From: Octopus vulgaris
Taxonomy: Eukaryota
Assembly: GCA_951406725.2 (NCBI GenBank)
Contig: OX597816.1
Location: forward strand, 26,536,001 to 26,600,000
Length of the DNA: 64,000 nt
Direction of reading: 5' to 3'
In this document: positions 55,216 through 64,000 of the stretch, one piece after another
Layout: the number at the start of each line of letters is the position of its first letter
Position numbering within the stretch: position 1 is the first letter of the stretch
Position numbers and translations under genes: made by a program
Notes under the pieces: generated by a model
What the model was told of the DNA's origin: nothing
Database searches by the model: none
Seen by the model: only the letters and a program-made list of their open reading frames with translations

Positions 55216-55828
55216 TATTCTTTTCTACTCTAGGCATAAGGCCGGAAATTTTTGTGAAGGGGCCAGTCGATTAGATCGAACCCAGTACGCAACTGGTACT
55301 TATAAGTATCGAACCCGAAAGGATGAAAGCAAAATCGAACTCGGCGGAATTTAAACTCAGAACATAAAGACAGACGAAATACCTATTTCTTTACTACCCA
55401 CAAGGGGCTAAACACAGAGAGGACAAACAAGGACAGACAAACGGATTAAGTCGATTATATCGACCCCAGTGCATAACTGGTACTTAATTTATCAATCCCA
55501 AAAGGATGAAAAGCAAAGTCGACCTCGGCGGAATTTGAACTCAGAATGTAACGGCAGACGAAATACGGCAAGGCATTTCACCCGGCGTGCCAACGTTGTC
55601 TGCCAGTTCGCCGCCTTAGTCTTCTAAATATATTCTTTTCTTCTCTAGGTACAAGGCCCGAAATTTTTGTGGAGGGGCCAGTACGCAACTGGTACTTAAT
55701 TTATCGACCCCGAAAGAATGAAAGGCAAAGTCGACCACGGCGGAATTTGAACTCAGAACGTAAAGACAGACGAAATAACGTTAAGCATTTCGCCCGGCAT
55801 GCTAACGTTTCTGCCAGCTTGCCGCCTT
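55216..55828 (-). mobile_element. Tandem SINE A array with a repeated target site
   Basis: CTTCTAAATA(T/A)ATT occurs before, between and after the units. Confidence 0.85.
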
Positions 55829-55904
55829 AACCTTCTAAATAAATTACTGCTATCATGTATTAGGGTATGCTTCTTTTTCGGATAAATGAACTACTACTAA
55901 TAAT

Positions 55905-56130
55905 ATATATTGTATAAAGGATCGTGAGTAAGGCCAAAACAATGCGAAGTAAATGCAAGGTATATCACAAGAAAACAAATATAAGATTTACCTTGTATTC
56001 AATATTTCAGGGGTTATGACCCATTTTCAAGAAAATAAACGAATGTTGCCGATATTTGTTTTCTTCTGCTTTACCTTGCATTTACTTCGCATTGTTTTGT
56101 CCTTACTCACGATCCTTTATAAAATATATT
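55905..56130. repeat. Inverted repeat (about 77-bp arms) with a hammerhead-like motif in the spacer
   Basis: Arms 55905-55981 and 56052-56130; minus-strand UUUUC-UUGAAAA-UGGG ucauaa CCCCU-GAAA-UA-UU-GAAUA at 55996-56035. Confidence 0.8.
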
Positions 56131-56175
56131 CTACACAATGCTTCACAGTAATTATTCCATTATATATATATATAA

Positions 56176-56569
56176 CTAGCAGTATCGCCCGGCGTTGCTC
56201 GGGTTTGTAAGGGAAATAACTATATAAGCATTTTTAGAGAGTTATAGCTAAAAAATAGCAAAAAAATGCATTAAAAATTGAAAAAAAATTAAGTTAAATT
56301 TTTTTTTTAATCGTTGACACATCGTAGATATTTTTAGAGAGTTACTTCCCTTATATAAAAGCGAAAAAATGCATTAAAATGGAAAAAATATGATGGTAAA
56401 TTTTTTAAATCGTAGACTCATCGTAGACGCGCGCTAATACCCAGAAGGGCTCGATATGAATCACGACTATAAGATACCCGCTTTTGGTTAAACTGCACCG
56501 CAAAATGTGGGAGTAGTTACGAATCTAAATCGTAGGAGACAGATACACAACTTCACTCTTATATAAAGA
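56176..56569 (-). mobile_element. Non-autonomous Helitron
   Basis: Minus strand: 5' TC, 3' hairpin CCCGAGCAACGCCGGG then CTAG; inserted between A and T; internal tandem duplication of about 100 bp. Confidence 0.85.
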
Positions 56570-57749
56570 TGCTTTTTTTTTCAGTCATAGAGTTAGATTT
56601 ATGAAGGTCTTCAGTAGAAAATCCTTCGAATTCTGACTCGCTGCTTGATATAATGAAATTCGTATCCATTTTTTGTCAGAATTAAAAATTTTGAAAACAC
56701 AATAGGAACAAATTTCGGAAAAAAATCTCCCATAATTCACGGAATTAAAATTACACTTCGATTTTTGTACAAAACTGTATTTGAAGTGTTTACGAAGTAT
56801 AATACGTGTTTTCACGAATGTACTAAAGAGATTTACTCTGATATTCTCATTTAAATATGAATAGGTAAATTCGGGCGGTTTGGTAACGAAAGGGTTTATA
56901 TAAGTGTCGTCTGTTTATACATAAACACTGTTTCATACTTTCAGTTTAGTCTTCCTCAAATCACTCTGTCGCTATTTACTCTCTTCCAAGAACATTTTCA
57001 CTCACTCTTATCTGTTAGCTTGCCATACATTTTACTCATGTATCTATCAGCGTGATAGACAGAAACAAATATTACATCTAGTTTCACTTTATTCGTTGCA
57101 CACTGTGTGTGTGCGTTTGCGTGTGCTGTAAACCAGACTAAGAAAAGCATTTGACATACACACCAGAATGTGAGTTTTCTGTAAATTTTGCTTAATTGGA
57201 GTTTAAATTTTAAAAACTGGACCTGGCAAAACCCGATGCATTCTACTCTTAAAAATGCTAGGTAAATTGTAATTGAAGAAATCCTATATTGTAGATTTCT
57301 ATAACTGACAAAGGGAGGCAGATAAAATCTGCCTTTTATAATAAGCGATAATTTGCTATTTATATATAAATAACTTATTATATACAGAAGTTATTTGCTA
57401 TTTTAAAAGAAAATTAAATTAAAAAATGGAATGACAAGAACCATCGGGAAATAATTTTTCGTGCTATGTGAAAGCGCTTTCGTTGTTCAACTTTTCATAA
57501 ACGTGTGTTCTTGACTGGTCTGTATAGAAGAAATTTTCGTATAAATTGTTGACTATTTCCGGTTTAGTTTCTGATTTAGAATTCTTGTAAAATAAACTTC
57601 TTTTTTCATTTCGTAGTTGATCGTTTTCTTCCTTTCTTTTGCAAAGAAAAAGAAATAGCTTCATTTTTCCATTGGCTCAAATGTCTAAATGTTGATTTCA
57701 TGAAACATTTCTAAGAGTTGAATCTTTAATTTGCTGTTTGTGCTGTTGC

Positions 57750-58108
57750 TGTTGAGCGAACGGTCTTCGTCCCAGAGCTCGCAAGATGGGAGAAGTCCGA
57801 AACATGGTCCTTTGCTATTTGTAAGACCCGCAGAAGAGAAAGCAGGTCAACCCCCGACACCGGGGGCCTGAATGCGCATCCAGACTCAGCGGTTGAGTAG
57901 GAAGTCGGGGACAAGAAACAGGAAGAAAGAGTGAGAGAAAGTTGGAGCGAAAAAGTACAACAGGGATCTCCACCACCCCCTGCCGGAGCCTCGTGGAGCT
58001 TTAGGTCTTTCCGCTCAATTAACACACACTACGCCCGGTCTGGGAATCGAAACCGCGATCCTCCGACCGCGAGTCCGCTGCCCTAACCACTGGGCCATTG
58101 CGCCTCCA
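57750..58108 (-). mobile_element. SINE family C, tail 3
   Basis: Near-identical head to the 52872 copy but a different tail ending in CAACAGCAACAGC. Confidence 0.85.
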
Positions 58109-58109
58109 C

Positions 58110-58325
58110 TGCTGATTGTGCTCGCTCACACGGTTGATTAATTTTGATCCTGTTTCTCCGATATACTTCTGATCGCATTGTGAGCATGTGATACAAGAGA
58201 TAAGCTGTTTTTTTTCTTTTTCTTTTTCCTTGTTTTGCAATTCATGTTCGATTTATCCTTCAATTTCTTCACATCTTTTAATCTTTTGGTTATTCCTGGT
58301 CAAATGATTTCACATTTCCCACAAC
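58110..58325 (-). pseudogene. PLE GIY-YIG endonuclease relic
   Basis: LISCITCSQCDQKYIGETGSKLINRVSEH. Confidence 0.75.
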
Positions 58326-58766
58326 GGAAAAAGAGACCGATACAATAAGTACTAGGCTTCCAAAGAATAAGTCCTGGGGTCGATTTGCTCGACTAAAAGA
58401 GCGGTGCCCCAGCATGGCCGCAGTCAAATGACTGAAACAAGTAAAAGAGTAACAGTCATCAGGGAATTTTTTCCAGTTTCCTGTCTAAATAGGATCGGAA
58501 GAGTTGATCAAAAATAATTCCAGACAAGGTATATTCTTTTATTCTTTTACTTGTTTCACTTGTTTCAGTCATTGGACTGCGGCCGTGCTGGGGCACCGCC
58601 TTTAGTCGAGCAAATCGACCCCAGGACTTATTCTTTGTAAGCCTAGTACTTATTCTACCGGTCTCATTTGCCAAACCGCTAAGTTACGGGGACGTAATCA
58701 CACCAGCATCGGTTGTCAAGTGATGTTGGGGGGACAAGGACACACACAGACACACACACACAAGGA

Positions 58767-58809
<43 letters not shown>

Positions 58810-58820
58810 TATATAGAAGG

Positions 58821-58871
58821 AGCTTCTACAGGACTAGTACTGTTTCATTCAAGAGAAATCTTCAGGAAGCT
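58821..58871 (-). ncRNA. Minimal type I hammerhead ribozyme motif (left end, facing outward)
   Basis: AGCUUC-CUGAAGA-U UUC ucuu GAA U-GAAA-CAG uacuaguc CUG-UA-GAAGCU. Confidence 0.75.
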
Positions 58872-59288
58872 ATTTAACAAGAATTGTATTAGCATTTATA
58901 CATTTAGGCAGGTTTAAAGGAGTGGTGGTGGGGGACTTTTTTGGGGGTAGGCATAGCGCAAAATATCATACTTAGGGGAGTGGTCAAGGAGTCAGTGGTA
59001 AGTTAGATGAAAGAATAGATAAATAAAAAAATAAAAAAATAAAAAAATAAAAAAATAAAATAAAAAAATAAAAATAAAAAAATAAAAAAATAAAATAATA
59101 AAAAAATAAAATAAAATAAAGAAATAAAGAAATAAAAAAATAAAAAAATAAAAAATAAAAAATATATATAAAAAATATATATATAAAAAATATATATATA
59201 AAAAAAGGGGGGATAGAGTTATAGGTAAATAAGGAGATTCTCACTTATACCTATACACATATGTATACGTATCTACACACACATATAT

Positions 59289-59331
<43 letters not shown>

Positions 59332-59769
59332 CACATATACACACATACATACATATATATCTACATACACACATACATACACCCGCCCACATATACAAAT
59401 TTATACACATGCACATGCATATACCTGTCTACACATACACACACGTATGTATGCATACACTCACTCCCATGCATGCACGCATACACACATGTATATATAT
59501 ATATACCCACGACCACACATACATATATACACAGAAAAATATATATTCATACGCACATACACTCATGCACACACAACACACCTAGTTCCCTATATACACA
59601 TATTTACACCTATATATACATACACCCACATACACATATGTACATATATATATATATATACATACATATACACGCATACATATATATACATGTGTGCACA
59701 TACATACATATACACATATACATACACATACACATACACATGTGTACCTATACATACCTACACATACAC

Positions 59770-59814
<45 letters not shown>

Positions 59815-60205
59815 CCAGTACAGGCCCATTCCCTAATTTTAATTTTATTATCTTCATTTATTACTTTTGTTATCTTTGATCGCTAGAGCTAAGGATCCTG
59901 GCTATGGCAGCATGTCCATTTGTCTGTCTACTAGAAGGCAAGTACTCATTCCCGCACGCACACTCATTAGCACGTACATTCACCCATTCGTACACTCATA
60001 CACATACACGTACGCACGCGTTATATTCATACATACAAACATCTACATACGTTCACGTATATACACATACGTACTCGTACCTACAGATTCGTGTCTACAC
60101 TTTAGGAGGCTAGTCTATACATATACACCAATAAATATACATATATATATATATATACACATATACATACACACACACACATATACTCCTACATACAGAT
60201 ACGTA

Positions 60206-60253
<48 letters not shown>

Positions 60254-61044
60254 CATACATACACACACACACATATATATACACACACATACATACACAT
60301 ATATATACATAGACAAACATATATACACACATATATATATATACACACATACACACACATACATACATATACACACAAACACATACATACGTATACATAC
60401 ATACATACATCCATACATCCATACTTACATGCATTTATACGCATACACACACCCATCTATATATATATATATATATATATACACACTCACACATACATAT
60501 ACAAATATACGCACACACATACATACATACACGTATACACATACACGCACATACACATATACATGCGTACCCATACACGTGCACACACGCACGCGCATCC
60601 ATATATATACACACACACACATATATATACACGTGTGCAAGCATACATACATACACATACACGCACACATACTTACATATACATATATGCACACACTTAC
60701 ACACATATATACATACACATATACATGCATACATACATATATGCATACATACACATATATTTTTGTGTATGTGCGTATATGTGTATGTATGCATATATGT
60801 ATGTATGCATGTGTATGTGTATGTATATATGTGTGTAAGTGTGTGCATATATGTATATGTAAGTATGTGTGCGTGTATGAGTATGTATGTATGCTTGCAC
60901 ACGTGTATATATGTGTGTGTGTATATATATGGATGCGCGTGCGTGTGTGCACGTGTATGGGTACGCATGTATATGTGTATGTGCGTGTATGTGTATACGT
61001 GTATGTATGTATGTGTGTGCGTATATTTGTATATGTATGTGTGA

Positions 61045-61075
<31 letters not shown>

Positions 61076-61263
61076 GATGGGTGTGTGTATGCGTATAAAT
61101 GCATGTAAGTATGGATGTATGTATGTATACGTATGTATGTGTTTGTGTGTATATGTATGTATGTGTGTGTATGTGTGTATATATATATATGTGTGTATAT
61201 ATGTTTGTGTATGTATATATATGTGTATGTATGTGTGTGTATATATATGTGTGTTTGTGTATG

Positions 61264-61303
<40 letters not shown>

Positions 61304-61694
61304 TATGTATCTGTATGTAGGAGTATATGTGTGTGTGTGTATGTATATGTGTATATATATATATATATGTATATTTATTGGTGTATATGTATAGACTAGC
61401 CTCCTAAAGTGTAGACACGAATCTGTAGGTACGAGTACGTATGTGTATATACGTGAACGTATGTAGATGTTTGTATGTATGAATATAACGCGTGCGTACG
61501 TGTATGTGTATGAGTGTACGAATGGGTGAATGTACGTGCTAATGAGTGTGCGTGCGGGAATGAGTACTTGCCTTCTAGTAGACAGACAAATGGACATGCT
61601 GCCATAGCCAGGATCCTTAGCTCTAGCGATCAAAGATAACAAAAGTAATAAATGAAGATAATAAAATTAAAATTAGGGAATGGGCCTGTACTGG

Positions 61695-61735
<41 letters not shown>

Positions 61736-62173
61736 GTGTATGTGTAGGTATGTATAGGTACACATGTGTATGTGTATGTGTATGTATATGTGTATATGTA
61801 TGTATGTGCACACATGTATATATATGTATGCGTGTATATGTATGTATATATATATATATATGTACATATGTGTATGTGGGTGTATGTATATATAGGTGTA
61901 AATATGTGTATATAGGGAACTAGGTGTGTTGTGTGTGCATGAGTGTATGTGCGTATGAATATATATTTTTCTGTGTATATATGTATGTGTGGTCGTGGGT
62001 ATATATATATATACATGTGTGTATGCGTGCATGCATAGGAGTGAGTGTATGCATATATACGTGTGTGTATGTGTAGACAGGTATATGCATGTGCATGTGT
62101 ATAAATTTGTATATGTGGGCGGGTGTATGTATGTGTGTATGTAGATATATATGTATGTATGTGTGTATATGTG

Positions 62174-62218
<45 letters not shown>

Positions 62219-62592
62219 ATATATGTGTGTGTAGATACGTATACATGTGTCTATAGGTATAAGTGAGAATCTCCTTATTTACCTATAACTCTATCCCCCC
62301 TTTTTTATATATATATTTTTTATATATATATTTTTTATATATATTTTTTATTTTTTTATTTTTTTATTTCTTTATTTCTTTATTTTTTTATATTTTTTTA
62401 TTTTTTTATTTTTTTTATTTTTTATTTTTTTATTTTTTTATTTATCTATTCTTTCATCTAACTTACCACTGACTCCTTGACCACTCCCCCAAGTATGATA
62501 TTTTGCGCTATGCCTACCCCCAAAAAAGTCCCCCACCACCACTCCTTTAAACCTGCCTAAATGTATAAATGCTAATACAATTCTTGTTAAAT

Positions 62593-62643
62593 AGCTTCCT
62601 GAAGATTTCTCTTGAATGAAACAGTACTAGTCCTGTAGAAGCT
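62593..62643 (+). ncRNA. Minimal type I hammerhead ribozyme motif (right end, facing outward)
   Basis: Identical to the left copy; predicted cleavage after GUA at 62637; AATAAA at 62654-62659. Confidence 0.75.
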
Positions 62644-62726
62644 CCTTCTATATAATAAATTAATTTTACTCTGCTATGTATTGAGTACCTTACTTACTGT
62701 GGTTAACCCCGAATCAACCCGGGACC

Positions 62727-62806
<80 letters not shown>

Positions 62807-63149
62807 CATACATACATACGACGGGCTTCTTTCAGTTTCCGTTTACCAAATCCACTCACAAGGCTTTGGTCGGCCCGAGGCTATAGTAGAAGACACTTTC
62901 CCAAGGTGTCATGCAGTGGGACTGAACCCAGAACCATGTGATTGGTAAGCAAGCTACTTACCACACAGCCGCTCCTACGCAGAGTTTTCTTTCTTTTTTT
63001 TCGGTTAATTAAAAAGTCAGCAAATTAAAAGTTCATCAATTCGAATGTCCTATGAAAGGAACATCCAGACATTTGTGCAAATAGAAAACTCAAAATACTT
63101 CCATTCTTCCAGAATAAAAGAACTGAATTACAGCACAATGCTTGACCAC

Positions 63150-63465
63150 ACTAAAAATTCAGACGTTCCTTTTACATGATGTTGGATCTTATTGGTGAAA
63201 GGCAGAAAAATAAAAATGTGTTATATGAACACGCCAGTGAAAGTGCTGTGATAATATTTCATGTCTGCAGATACCTGACCAGCAAGGGGAAGCAGCTGAT
63301 CTCTCCTGTTCGAAGGTTATAATGGACACAGGTTCGTGTGTCATATAGCTGGCTAGAGGCGATGGCTTCTTGGAGCTAATCAACGGCAGCATTCGTCCTA
63401 TATTTCTGGACTGCCATATTAGCTTGGCGATAACTATTAATATCCAGTACCGCTGCCGTAGTCTC
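63150..63465 (-). pseudogene. Possible BEL/Pao integrase relic
   Basis: RLRQRYWI and TGEISCFPLLVR..FLFFCLS loosely resemble LRQRYWI..TGVDxAGPLxV..LFTC; heavily decayed. Confidence 0.3.
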
Positions 63466-64000
63466 CTTTAGAGAGACTTATAAGTAATAATATATATATA
63501 TATATTTCTGTGTGTGTCTTTGTATCTGTGTTTGACCCCCACCATTGTTTGACAACCGATTCCGGTATGCTTCTTTCTCATTAACTTAGCGGTTCGGGAA
63601 AAGGTGATCGATAGAATGAGTATTCGGCTTACAAAGAATAAGTCTTGGGGTCGATTTATTCGATGAAAATCCTTTAAGGGAGTGCTCCAGTTGGCCAACG
63701 TCAATTGACTGAAACGCGTAAAAGAATATAAGAATCGCTGCTGAAACCCCCTTCGGTCATGACTGATTATGGGATTGCACCTAGAAAGCTACCCTCCCAG
63801 GCTCAAGTCCGGGCAAGGTTGTTTATGCAAGGCCAGCAGTCACCCATGCATACAGGCCTCCCAGTGTTATCCAAGGGAAAGGCAAAGGCCGATACAGCTT
63901 GGCACCAGTGACGTCGCAAATCATTTTTACAGTTGAGTGAACTGGAGCAACGTTCTTGCTCAAGAACACAATACGCAGTCCGGTCCGGGACTCGAACTCA

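Larger units (their letters stand above)
58804..62660. repeat. 3.86-kb near-perfect palindrome, non-coding, PLE-terminus-like
   Basis: Arms 58804-60759 and 60776-62660 with a 16-nt spacer; unique blocks mirror each other (59810-60120 vs 61395-61700); 69-bp unpaired extension at 62661-62729. Confidence 0.95.
58535..62980 (-). mobile_element. Single SINE B split by the giant palindrome
   Basis: 3' half at 58535-58770 and 5' half at 62815-62980; collinear and same strand; interrupted at the internal (TA)n. Confidence 0.85.

Noticed and set aside
59867-61642. Long mirror ORFs (323 and 405 aa, MLSLIARAKDPGYGS...)
   Set aside because: Stop-free only because of (TA/CA) repeats; duplicated by the palindrome; no domain
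58804-62660. Arm differences as fossil A-to-I edits
   Set aside because: Differences inspected include C/G, C/T and both A/G directions; no clear A-to-G bias

Overview
AT-rich eukaryotic DNA made almost entirely of repeats. The SINE repertoire and (TA)n/(CA)n/(CATA)n/(TAA)n microsatellites resemble an octopus (coleoid cephalopod) genome; this is inferred from recognition, not tested. No intact host gene or convincing exon was found, and nearly all ORF-track entries are microsatellite or SINE read-through. Recognisable content: about 45 copies of four tRNA-derived SINE families that swap 3' tails; a 5'-truncated Penelope-like element (PLE; RT + GIY-YIG, 31.5-33.85 kb); R4/Dong-type RLE-LINE fragments in (TAA)n and a second RLE family tied to (CATA)n; Tx1, RTE, CR1 and Gypsy relics; rearranged mariner derivatives; hAT, Merlin-like and Tc1 MITEs; Helitrons; one 100-N gap. 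The most notable structure is a 3.86-kb near-perfect palindrome (58804-62660) inserted in the (TA)n tract of a SINE. Each end carries an outward-facing minimal type I hammerhead ribozyme motif. It is the largest of several fold-back elements with hammerhead motifs. Two further motifs, one in the PLE 3' end and one in a fold-back spacer, show the compensatory U3-A8 core variant.
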